64,000 bases of DNA from Octopus vulgaris (Eukaryota): the NCBI GenBank assembly GCA_951406725.2, contig OX597825.1, forward strand, positions 86,304,001 through 86,368,000, given 5' to 3'. Position numbers and translations under genes: made by a program. Positions 38,675 through 51,559 of this stretch are shown here, piece by piece. The notes beneath the pieces are model-generated. The model was not told the DNA's origin, ran no database searches, and saw only the letters and a program-made list of their open reading frames with translations. The first letter of the stretch is position 1. Every line of letters starts with the position of its first letter.

Positions 38675-39340
38675 CCTTATCTTTAATAATTGAATATCGT
38701 TACAATCTTCTGTGAGATATCTGAGATGTTAATGAGCTTCTGTCTGGGAAAACAGACATTATAGTGTTGCTGTTGTTGTTGCTATTGCTACTGTTGATGA
38801 TGACAATGATGAAAATGGCAACAATAATGATGACAGTGATGATGATGATGATATCGAATCTCTGTAACACTTTTTTTTCTGGCATCAGAACAGCTTCATA
38901 TAAGCCATCCTCTTCTTCAATGTCTCTTAAGTGATACCTTTAAAATTCCAAGATTATAAAAACGTTATTTTAGCAAAGTCTCTAAAAATCAGGAAATTTT
39001 TCTTGATATCACTAAACATGGTTGCTAGAAAGAGCAGTAAAATTTCCCTCAACTGATGCCTACGTTGGATAAAGTGGACCTAGGCTTCTTTCAAGGAAAA
39101 ACAAGGTGGGATGATCCCAAAAGGAATTACTTTAACCCTAACTTTAATCCCCATTAGAGCTGAACTGGTGCTATACAATAATAACAGCTAGATTTTTGTT
39201 AATATTTGGAACTGAAATACCATCATGTGTGTGTGTGTGTGTGTGTGTTTTAAATGTATGTATTGACAGGTTGCCTCAGTCCTGCATTTCTGATGGGTGA
39301 CATGTTGGTTTACCATTGTTTCTATCTTTGAGGAATATGT

Positions 39341-39770
39341 CTTTTAGTCTTTTACTATTTTACTGGTTTCAGTCATGTGACTGTGGCCATGCTGGAGCGT
39401 CGCCTTTAGTCGACCAAATCGACCCCAGAACTTATTCTTTGTAAACCTAGTACTTATTCTATTGGTCTCTCTCGCCAAACCACTAAGTTATAGGGACATA
39501 AACACACCAGCATTGGTTGTCAAGTGACGATGGGGGGGACAAACACAAACACACAGACGTATACACACCCACATACATACATACATATATATATATACAT
39601 ATATACAACGGGCTTCTTTCAGTTTCCGTCTACCAAATCCACTCACAAGGCTTTGGTCAGCTTGAGGCTATAGTAGAAGACACTTGCCCAAGGTGCCATG
39701 CAGTGGGACTGAACCTGGAACCATGTGGTTGGTAAGCAAGCTACTTACCACACAGCCACTCTTACACCTA
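39341..39770 (-). mobile_element. SINE family A, near full length
   Basis: Complete head, TA-rich middle and tail with a (TAAAAG)-like end. Further copies lie at about 26790-26940, 32425-32925, 41865-42027, 56190-56345, 59868-60015 and 63775-64000. Confidence 0.85.
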
Positions 39771-40747
39771 TGTGATAACATATTCTAGAGAGTTCCAGAA
39801 ATTTATTGTTTTTTTTTCTTTCTCCTGCCTATGGATGAGTGTACCCGGTTTTCCAAAACTAAGGACAATGATAGAAAGCAGGCCAAACTGGGGCCTGCAC
39901 ACCTGCCCAGAGGCTGGTGCTGTAGTATATAGACTGATGTGGCATGGAGATCAAAGCAAAGGACAGGGTGATCCTTGGCTCATTGTAACCTTTCTAGCAA
40001 AGAGGGGAAAGTGTTGAGAACATGTAATGACATGTTACATGATTGAATGGAGTCTGGATGGGTATGTAGGTCTTGAAGACTCTTGGACACAACAGAGGAA
40101 CCTCAGAACTGTAACTTATTGTTGGGGAATGGAAATAGGATGATTTGGTATGTGGTGCCGGATAGAAAGCTCTGTTGTTGCATGTGTGATGGTAAAACCA
40201 GCTTGAGAGGAATTTGTGCCAAAAGGAACTGAGAAAGAAAGAAAATGGACAATAACAGCTGGTCCCAGAAGCTTGGTCATAACTCTGAGGACAGCGAAAT
40301 AAATAGCTTCAGTGCCAAGAGTCATTAAACTAAGGGTTTCTTCCCTGACCACAACTAGTAGTACCCCTCAATCATCTACCAATGATGGGAGATAGGGGAA
40401 GAAATGAAAGATGAGCTGAAGTGGTAAAACTGCAAAACTATCCAGGACAATATAAAACAAGAGAGGTGAGTAAGACATACAAGGAGGCCCAGGAACTGGA
40501 TGAAGTTCACTTTGTATAGCCAACAAAGATCTGAGGGTAAATTTGAATGAACTTCAGGAAGTAAAAGGAAAAAGTAATGAAAGGGTCTTTGGTATGCAAT
40601 GCAAGAGATTGGTGATGGAGAGCCAGTTGTCACCTGAGAATGAATATGATTTGGTATCATGCTTTTCCCAATTGTTTTAGATACTTATGGGAGCAGGCAT
40701 TCTCCTGCCATTTCACCTGGTTACACATCAAGAATTTGACAACTGGA

Positions 40748-40785
<38 letters not shown>

Positions 40786-42032
40786 GTAGCACCATTATTT
40801 GACTTCAGTTGAATAGAGTTGAGCCACATGTAATGAAGTGCCTTGCTCAAGGACACAGTGTACACTTCCTTGCAATTGAGTGCTTGATATTTTGATCATG
40901 AGCTGAACACCATAACCATGTTGATGGTGATGATGATGATGATGATGAGACTGATGCCGACGATATGTTTGTGTAATGAGGTCATGAAATTAATGAGAAG
41001 CACCAGAACGGAATAAATTTAATTATAATTGATTATCATACAACAGCAGTGGTTATTACACCAGTCAGATATGTTTATATGATTGCACTAAACAAGCTGC
41101 TGTTGGTACTGAAGTAAAAGTTTAGGAAATAAACACAGCCTTCACCCTCTCACAGAATACAATAAAAATCAGCAATGAAGTTTTACTGGTATTTTAGATG
41201 GAAATGTTATAAAAAAAAAAAAAAGAATTAGTTTAAGTGTGTGAAAACATTACTAAAATTCTCTTGTAAAGGAGTGTTGACACTTTATAATTCATTCAGA
41301 AAATGTACTGAATTCATTAATTTATACCAATTGTCCACTGATTAGCAAATATGATATGCAATGAGTTGTTGTTTAGTTATAGCAAGAGAGCTGAGAAAGC
41401 AGGGGTTGTAAGGTCCTTTTAGTCTGGTCTCATTGTGGACCCTTCAACTTGTCAAGTGTTGGGACCTCAAAAAAACACCCAATATACTCTGTTAGGTGGT
41501 TGGCAACAGGAGGGGCATCCAACCTTAGAAACCCAGGATTTTTTGTGACTGTCTATACTTCTTTCTCCCATAGGCACAAGGCCTGAAATTTTGAGGGTTG
41601 GGGTGTGGGTTAGTTGATTACATTGACTCCAATGCTTAACTCATCCTTATTTTATCAACCCCAAAAGGACGAAAGGCAAACTCATCCTCAACTGAATTTG
41701 TTAGCAGCATTTTGTCTGGCAATGCTGATGATTCTGCTGCCGGTCCATGGCCTTATTGTCTTTCTAAACATTGTGATGCTTGTCATTTATTCTCGAACCT
41801 TTCTGCAATCACCCAATCATGTAAAGAGTTGGCGAACAGTTTTAGACCTTTTTCTATGTTATAGGCATAGGCATGGAAGTGTAGTTAAGAAGCTTGCTTC
41901 CCAACCATTTGGTTCTGGGTTCAATCCTTCTGTATGGTACTTTGGGCAAGTGTCTTCCACTATAACCTGGAGCCAGCCAAAGCCTTGTGCATGAATTTGG
42001 TAGATGGAAACTAAAAGAAACCCATTGTGTGC

Positions 42033-42068
<36 letters not shown>

Positions 42069-42469
42069 TCATTATCATCATCATCATCATTGTTTTACAT
42101 CCGCTTTCCATGCAGGCATGGGTTGGGCAGTTTGACTGAGGACTGGTGTGCCAAAAGCTGCACCAGGCTCATTCTGATCTGGCAAAGTTTCTACAGCTGG
42201 ATGCCCTTCCCAACACCAACCATTCTGAGAGTGTAGTGGGTGCTTTTATGTGTCACCAGTATGAAGGCTAGTCAGGTGGTTCTGGCAACGACCACGCTCC
42301 AAAGGTGTTTTTATGTGCTACCTGCACAGCAGCTGGTCTAGCAGTACTGGCAACGACCATGCTCAAATGTTGTTTTTCACGTGCCACCAGCACATGTCCA
42401 GTAAAGCTATGCTGGTAACGACCATGCTCGAATGGTGCTTTTCATGTGTCACTGGCATGGAGGTAGCAG

Positions 42470-44955
42470 GGAATTGTATCAGATTGCCAGAAGGGAAGCT
42501 AGGAGACAGGTTTATTTAGCCAGAAGGAAAGCAGATAAGTAAAAATTTGCTAACATTCTGCAACATGAGGACCAAAGACTTGAGGTATTTCGTGTTGCAA
42601 GACAGTGTGTGAGAAAGAATCGTGATGTTGTAGGAGAGAAATGTGTCCACATGGATGATGGTTCACTTGCACTAAACGAGGCTGCAAAGAGAGAGGTTTG
42701 GAGATGCCACTATGAAAGGTTGCTCAATAAAGAAGATGAATAGGAGAAAGAGAGTCTGCCAAATGTCGACCCAACAGAGGGACCAGCTATCTGTGTTGAC
42801 AGTACCTTGGTAGATAAAGCAATTAAGAGTATGAAGACAGGGAAAGCCCCTGGCCCATCAGGAATCACTGCAGAGATGCTCAAAATATATGGCAGTGTTG
42901 GCTATAGCCTAGTCATCCATATAGTTAACCAGGTGATACACGAAGGAGTCATACCCAATGACTGGTGTAGCAGCATAATAGTCAACTGCTACAAAGGTAA
43001 AGATGATGCTTTAGATACAAATAATTACGGAGGTATCAAGTTGTTGGATCAGGTAATGAAGGTCATGGAGAGGGTCATAGCCCAACTAATTAGGGAGAGA
43101 GTCAGTTTAGATGAGGTGCAGTTTGGGTTTGTGCCAGGGAAAAGCACCACTGATGCTATATTTCTGGTAAGACAGCTGCAGGAGAAATACCTAGCAAAAG
43201 ATAAACCTCTGTACTTAGCTTTCGTTGACACGGAGAAAGCCTTTGACAAGGACCCCCCGATCCCTTATTTGGTGGTCAATGAGGAAACTAGGGATAGATG
43301 AATGAGTAGTGAGAGCTTACTGGGATGCTGTCAGTAAGGTGAGGGTTGGCAACGAGTACAGTGAAAAATTCTGGGTAGAGGTAGGGGTCCACCAAGGTTC
43401 AGTCCTCAGCCCCCCCCCTATTTTCATAGTCTTCCAGGCAATAACAGAGGAATTCAAGACAGGATGCCCCTAGGAGCTCCTCTATGCTAACGATCTTGCT
43501 CTAATTGCCAAGTTACTATCACAACTAGAGGAGAAGTTTCAGGTATGGAAACAAGGATTAGAATCGAAGGGCCTTAGAGTCAACCTAGCGAAAACCAAAG
43601 TCCTAATAAGTAGGAAGGCAGGCAAACCACAAATCCTTTCAGGTAAATGGCCCTGCTTGATCTGTAGAAAAGGCGAAGGTAGAAACTCTATAAGATGTAC
43701 CCAGTGTAAGCTATGGACATATAAGAGGTGCAGCATTATCAAAGGAAGGCTAACTGGGAAGATAGTTTTTGTATGTGGCAGATGCTCAGGAGCAATAAAC
43801 ACTGAAAATGCGCAGAGACCAACTTCCACCACATTCCAGTGGGGAAAACTAGAAGTAGTTGATAGCTTCCATTACCTAGGTGACCAAGTCAGTAGCGGAG
43901 GAGTGTGCGCTGAAAATGTAGCTGCTAGAATAAGAATAGCCTGGGTAAAGTTCAGAGAGCCCCTACCTCTACTGGTGACAGGAGCCCTCTCGCTCAGAGT
44001 AAAAGATAAACTGTATGATGCATGTGTACGAACAACCATGCTACATGGCAGTGAAACATGGGCCGTGACTACTGAGGACGTGTGTAAGCTTGCAAGGAAT
44101 GAAGCCAGTATGATCCAATGGATGTGTAATGTCAGTATGCATACTTGATAGAGTGTAAGTACCATGAGAGAAAAGTTGGAACTAAGAAGCATCAGATGTA
44201 GTGTGCAAGAGAGATGACTGCGCTGGTATGGTCATGTGGTGAGAATGGATGAGGATAGCTGTGTGAAAAAGTGCCATACCCTAGCGGTTGAGGGAACCTG
44301 TAGAAGAGGTAGACCCAGGAAGACCTGGGATGAGGTGGTGAAGCATGACCTTTGAACATTAGGCCTCACCGAGGCAATGATTAGTGGCCGAGACCTTTGG
44401 AAATATGCTGTGCTTGAGAAGACCCGGCAAGCCAAGTGAGACCATAACCTCATGGCCTATGACAGGGGTGTAACCAGCCCACATATACGTATTTTTCCTT
44501 CACTGGACACTAAACTCTTGTGAAGACTTGTTGAGGCAAGTGAAATCGAAATCAAATTTGATGATTGGCATCTGTGCTAGTGGAGCGCTAAGAGCACCAT
44601 CTGAGCTTGATCGTTGCCAGAGCAGCTAACTGGTTTCTGTGCCGGTGGCATGTAAAAAGCACCATTCAAGCATGACCGTTACCAGTGTCGCCCTACTGGC
44701 ACATGAAAAATAAAAAATTCGAGAAAGGTCATTGCCAGTGCTGCTGGACTGGCTCCTGTGCAGGTGGCACATAAAAAACACCATTCGAGCATGGCCGTTG
44801 CCAGTACAGCCTGACTGGCCCTCGTGCCAGTGGCATGTAAAAGCACCCACTACACTTTTGGAGTGGTTGGCATTAGGAAAGGCTTCCAGCTGTAGAAACT
44901 CTGCCAAAACAAGATTGGAGCCTGGTGCAGCCATCTGGTTCGCCAGTCCTCAGTC
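42470..44955 (+). mobile_element. RTE-clade LINE, 5'-truncated, pseudogenised (RT, PHD-like finger, 3' UTR with tandem subrepeats)
   Basis: Motifs GKAPGPSGITAEMLK, QFGFVPGKSTTDAIF, GVHQGSVLS, YLGD, MLHGSETW and LRWYGHV, with several stops and frameshifts. Confidence 0.93.
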
Positions 44956-46006
44956 TGATCTAGCAGACTTTCTACAGCTGGATGCCCTTCCTAACACCAA
45001 CCACTCTAAGAGTGTAGTGGGTGCTTTTATGTGCCACTGGCACGAGGGCCAGTCAGGCAGTACTGGCAATGGTCATGGAAAATCGTGTTTGTGTTTCTTG
45101 ACATCACATGATGGCTGTAGGATGAGCATCATCATCATACAAGCAAGGTTGTTTATTTCCAATCTTCCATAGAAAACATGTCTTACAAAGGGCAAATATC
45201 ACCTGGCTTGGTAACAGGTGATGGTTGTTGACAGGAAAGGGATCTTGCCATAGAAAATCTACTTCAAGAAATTCCATTTGCTGCATGCAAGCATGGAAAA
45301 ATGGATGTTAAATGACAATGTTTTAATCATTAGGAGGAATTTTGTGTTCACAATCACCACCCTATTTTCTTTCCTTAATGTCTCTCAAACCCATCTAATT
45401 TGTTGGTAACCAGATTTCTAAAGTTCATTTACACCACAGAATTCCAGGATTATCATGCTCTTCTCATTTCTTGTATTGTAACTCTAACCTCCATGTATTA
45501 CAATGTTCTTGCCCTGGGATTTTCTGACATCACCCTTAGACTTTCTGACCACATCTACTCTGCTGAGGCCACCACCGCAGCCCTTAGGAGTACAGAAATA
45601 TCTGGACTATGGAGAGACTAGAGAGTACATGCCCAGTTTGTCCAATGTTCTACATATAATTAACCCCATTGTATGTCAGAGTAAATAGGATTAAACTCTT
45701 TGAATCAAAGGTTTGCTCCAGCAGATCTGACCTGGGGTTAAATAACATTATCTTTACACTGATAATATCAACTATGTAACTAGACCTATTTTTCATGGCG
45801 TCTTCCTTGATAAGTAGCAGAGCCGGAAGTTCAGAATCTGGAGAGAAAGTTTGTTGAGCAGTTAAATTTTTGGACAAGCATGTGCGTTGAACATTTTGGC
45901 ATAAAAGAGCCCAAATCATTAGACGACCACTCACTACTGCTGTATTTCGATTTGTAGCAGTTGGGAACCTATGTTGTATGCGTACGTGTGTGTGTGTGTG
46001 TATGAG

Positions 46007-46009
<3 letters not shown>

Positions 46010-46059
<50 letters not shown>

Positions 46060-46145
46060 AGGTGAGATAGAGAGCAAATGTAGATAGATAGATATAAAAG
46101 AGAAAAACAAGAGCCATAGAAGAAAGGGAAAGGAATAGATGTGAA

Positions 46146-46179
<34 letters not shown>

Positions 46180-46183
46180 GGAG

Positions 46184-46216
<33 letters not shown>

Positions 46217-46300
46217 CTGAAATAGAAAGAAGAGTAAGATATACTGATATAAAGAAAGGAGAGATAATGAGGGAGAGCGGGGATTTAATTAGACAAGAAT

Positions 46301-46343
<43 letters not shown>

Positions 46344-46493
46344 GCGTAGAAACAGATAAAGAGAGATATGATAATGTGAGGAGTGACAGAGATACGACGA
46401 AGATCGATCGATCGATTGATTGATAGAAAGAAAGATTGAACAGCACGTAGTGTGTGACAAAGATAACAATAGGTATCAAATGCAACACGCAAA

Positions 46494-46529
<36 letters not shown>

Positions 46530-46870
46530 CTAAAAGGATAGCCGAGAACTGTAGTAACACTGAGATATCATCTTGTGTTATAGAAATAACGATATAAGGG
46601 AAGAGAGAGAGAGGGAGAGAGAGAGATGGTGGTGGTGGTGGGTGCTATATGTGACAAGAATCAAACTCCTGGGAGAGATAGATTAAGAAGAGAGAGAGAG
46701 ATGTAGAAACTGAGAAAGAGTAAAAGCGGGTCACTTCCCATTTGACAGGCTTTGAGGTGTTGCTGAGTGAAGCTATGAGAGAGAGAGAGACAGAAATACA
46801 AGGTAGAATAGAGTGAAAGAATAATAAACTATAAAGAGAGAGAGAGAGAGAGAGACAGACAATAGACAGA
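46010..46870. repeat. Long GA-rich polypurine region with multiple (GA)n runs
   Basis: Read directly. Confidence 0.9.
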
Positions 46871-46991
46871 GTGAGTGAGTGTGTCAGGTCTCTTAAATGT
46901 GAAGCACGGCAGCCCACTGCTATGTCGCTTTAGAATACCTCAACACCAGACAATTACCTTTCCCTCCTCACACAAACCCAACTATATACAT

Positions 46992-47046
<55 letters not shown>

Positions 47047-47229
47047 CACCTACCCAGACGCATACATATCTATTTTACATGTGTGTAAATGTACCGTATT
47101 ACATGTGTGTATGTACGGTGAAACCACTTGATGGTGGCGGGTACCTCTCTCTCTCTCACTAATTAACTTTAACATTCACCATTCCTCCTTCGGTGTGGAT
47201 TTACCACCAGCTGCTACTTAGAGAGGGAA

Positions 47230-47417
47230 TTAGTGTTACAGATCGAACAGAAAGGTCGATTGAACTTGCTGTGAAGGAGCAAATAAATATATAAAAACAT
47301 AATTAAAAGAGAAAATATAATTAAAAGAACACAAACAGGAAATATATATCTCATCTTTACGAAGATATTCTCGTCGGTCAAATATTTGAACCGAATAAAA
47401 ACAAAATACAGGTAAGT
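47230..47417 (+). promoter_or_regulatory. Possible non-coding first exon ending in a consensus donor
   Basis: CAG|GTAAGT at 47411/47412 in TE-poor, CpG-retaining DNA. Confidence 0.3.
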
Positions 47418-47648
47418 GAAACCTGACTACTAAATTAACGTCTAGCTTATTTCTCATGTCCGTTTGTTGTATTATTATTAATCTAGAAATCTCTGTTTCT
47501 TATTTAAACCATTTCACTTCAGTCACGTCGTTTTGTGTCTTTTAAGGAAGCCGTACCATCGTGGAATATTATTTCTGTCTTAATAAACTCTTCAGCTTTC
47601 TGTCTGTTTATATCGAATTCATTGTTGATGTTTAGGGCTGATTTGTGC

Positions 47649-47703
<55 letters not shown>

Positions 47704-50700
47704 AAACAAAACGTTTTTTTTTTTACTACTGTTCCGAGTTCAAATCTCGCCCAGGTCTGTTGTGCTTCCTCCAAGATTAATAATTTCGATATCTGTACTG
47801 TTTCGCAGTCAATTCGACTGGGTCTTCGCACTACCTCCACCCCTGTCACAAAGTTTCGATTTATGGCTTTATTCCTTAAAATTCATTATAAATTGTTGCT
47901 GTTGGTTTTTTAATGGCGGGAGTCTTGACACGGGGATGGAGTTTTGGCGGAACGATTTTGGGGACCGGTTTCGATTCCCACATGGAACCATTTTATTTAC
48001 GTTTGCGCTGCTGAAGCGTTTGGATAAGTCGCGGGCATTCCAACATTCTCACTTTTTAAAAAGAAAATCGTTGGAGCGTCAAGTGTTCAAATCCTGCCGA
48101 GGTCAACTTTGTCTTTCATACTTCCTGGGATCGATAAAATAAATATACTAGTTAAGTGCTGGGAGTAGATTTAATCAAGTAATTTCCTACTTTTAGACCT
48201 TGTGCATATATTAGAAACAGTTGTTATCAATTTATCACAGCCTCTTTTAAGGACAATCTCCCTAGAAACTTTCAAACTACCCTTGTTGCCGGCTCAGTTT
48301 CAATTTCCGTTTTTTCTCTGTCGCTCCTAAAACCTTTCAGAAAACCACGAACCTCATAACCACTTCATTTTGTTCCTCAACCCCTCAGCCCCTCTCTCAA
48401 AGTCTGCCACTACTAATGTAAACAAAAGAAATGTAAATATAGTCAGTTGTTAATATAGACAGACAAGTTGTAGGTAGGGTTGTCTCGGTTGCTAATTGAC
48501 ACAATATAATAGTTCGGTGTCGCCATATGTTGCGGTCTTTTATTCAGTTTTATATATTTCTTTCCCTGCCGACCACCTGAATGAAAGCTGTTGCCATAGA
48601 CAGACTTACATACGAAGTGTTTTAATTGAAGAGAAATAAAATGAGGTTGTGTGGCAAGTTAAATGCTTTTCTCCGGTGTATTAGTGACGTTAAGAGGAGT
48701 GAAGTAGTTACCAGCGAGGACCGAAACCGGCACGTTGACTCACCACCTTCTTGTGGACAGGTCTTCACACAAACGCACATGACCTGGCTTTAAAATGTCA
48801 TGATTCATTGAAAGTAACTCCATTCCTCCTTTTTTTTCTTCTATTAACCAACATCATGGTGACACAGTCAACCCATCTTTACTGCCATCGCTGCCCAGGG
48901 TCTATTTCCCAATGTTTCTTAAACTATGGCTTAATATCACCTTATCCCAGTGAACTTTATTTCAGGCTTGAAGCAATAATAGTATTTTTTTTCCTGCCGA
49001 TTCTGCTATATTCATTCATACTCACCGTCACATGTATTTCGGGTTTCTCAATGATGGCCTTTCTGCTGCTCACTTTCTTTTCTCTCTCTTTGCCTCGGGT
49101 TTGTCTTTTCCTGTTGCCTGTCATTGGAAAACATTCCACTTGTAGTTCATATGTCTTGAAAGTACAGTTTGGTGTGATTTTATCCAGATTATGAACATCT
49201 TCTGATGGAAAATATTCCAGAGGAAATCTCCATGCTAAATACAAACCTACCCGAATCTCATACATAATGATGGGTTGAAAAACTTTATTCAGGAAAAAAA
49301 CTAACTGGAGAATCTTATTTGATTGAACGTTTTCAATTCACCATATCGTTACACCAATCTAATCTGGTTGTGTTGTATTTTGTTTAGTCTTGGAGGCATT
49401 CTTTACAATTCTGTACCATTTTTCTGGTAGTCAGTAAACGGGTTCTTCAGTGAAATAAGCATCAGTCACTTTTCTAACAACTTTGGTAGAAAGATCTTGA
49501 CCCAAACTATGTGATCAGTACCGTCTTATGGTATGGGTGGGTACACGGGGCATTTTCCTGGCGACCAACGGGTTTAGGGGCTCCCAGTGTTAATGTATAT
49601 GTGCTGTGATTTAATGGCAATAAATATTATAAACCCGAATGCACTGCTTTACTTGAGGTCCTATAATGCTGTTGAGAGGCGATGGTGCACAAATATGAAA
49701 AAAAAATCCTTTTGGAGTTTGACCCACGTTCTGAGAGAGAATTTTAAAATGAGTGAATGAAGTTCACAAACATTGAATAAAATGCTGCCAGCAGAGATAA
49801 ATTCTAATGTCTGTAGGCAGACCTCTAAATTCCTTGATTCCAGGCTTTGACAGTTTGTTTCAGTAACACACAATTCTAATGCAGTCAGTTACTCAATTGA
49901 CTCAAATTATTTCGGTGTACTTTAACACACGCGTGTGTATACATACCACTATGTACCCCTAAATAATTATCTGTACACACACGCACAAAATGCCAAACAC
50001 GTTTATGAAGACGAGCACTGTGTAACAGTGACAGTCATACAGTAGTTTGTGTGTGTACATACATTGAAATCAATATATGAAGACAGGCGTAAACAAACCA
50101 ACAAACAGATCGATATATATACGCACAAATGTAAATTTGCTTGTACAAGCGTGTAGTTTCAAAACCATCCAAGCTTGCATTTAAGCAGTAACATGTATAA
50201 CCACCCACAGAGATGTAAAACACACCTACATGACACCAGAGCTTATGGAAACATTGGAATGTACCTGAAATATTTCTCTTGATGATTAAAGACATTCACA
50301 GGTGGTTGTGGGAGTCGTCAGGCTGTTTAATGGAAAATATTAAAGCAAACCTGGGTGGCTAAACTGTAGAAACTGATTAATTTTTGTTTTTGACTTGGAA
50401 TAATCTCAAAGCTGGAATTCCTTACTGAAAGACAGGTTTGTGAATAATAAATAATAAAGGTTTACTAGAGTCTTCAGAATAAATTAAGTTTCCAAATGAA
50501 AGAACAACTGCTTTTAGGCATTGTCTTGCGAAAAATAGCCTAACTGTTGGAAACTGGGGTCGGTTGTTAAGGCCTTCTCTAGCCGAGTTGGATGTTCTTT
50601 AATTTTCTAATTGGTTCTGCTTCACTGAGGTCATCAGGGAAAAGTATGGCTATCAAAATCTCCCCTTCTTCTTCCTCATAATTTTCAGTTTTTGTGTCCG

Positions 50701-51423
50701 TTTGTACGTCACATTTTCCTGCTCGTTGTGATGAGACACACAAATGCCGTAGAGTAGTAAGAAGGTCTTAGTGAAGCTAAGAGAGAGCCTAGACGGGGTT
50801 GCGCAACTAGCTAGAAATAGCAACCAGATCTTTAGCAAATCATTCTCTACCAGCTTTAAAAAGGATACGGTGGATAATGTAGTCTCAGAAATATTATCTG
50901 GAGAGAAAAAAAAAAGGGGTGGGAGTCACTACTAGAATATTTAAAATCAAGTCTGCTTGATCGGAGCCGATGTGTCATTTACACTTGGCTGTGATTGATT
51001 TATTATTAATCACATCATCAAAGTCAATAAAACGAATTAATCACTCAGAGACTCGAAGTTTGAATGTTCATATGTAAGTGTGTTGGTGGAATATAAAAAA
51101 ATATGGTTTGTTACTTCAATAAATACTATTTTTAGCTCAATTAAACCCAGCCGAAGTTGACCATATTTTATGAGTCCAGAGGTTAATAAAATGGTCAGTA
51201 ATAAACGTCAGAATAGTTAATAATTAATCGTTATTTTAACTTAAACAAAAGCCATCGTCTTTAAAAAGAATGTGGCCGTGCTGAGTTCAAATTCCACCGA
51301 GGTCGACTTTACCTTTAATCCTTTCGGGGTCGATAATAATAAGTACCAGTCAAGTACTGAGGTCCATGTAATCAACTAAACTCTTCTCCATAAATTTCAG
51401 GGCATTTGTCTGTTTTAGAAACT

Positions 51424-51559
51424 ATTATTATTATTGTTATTGTTATTGTTATTATTATTGTTATTGTTGTTATTGTTATTATTGTTGTTATTATTATTTT
51501 TATTGTTATTATTATTATTATTATTGTTATTATTATTATTATTATTATTGTTATTATTA
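51424..51559. repeat. (ATT/GTT)n repeat forming the tail of a family C SINE (51280-51423)
   Basis: Read directly. Confidence 0.9.

Noticed and set aside
38262-39312. Inverted 75-bp pair at about 38300-38372 and 39240-39312 as TIRs of one large element
   Set aside because: The left copy has its own short CAGGTT...AACCTG ends, so these are more likely two copies of a tiny MITE.
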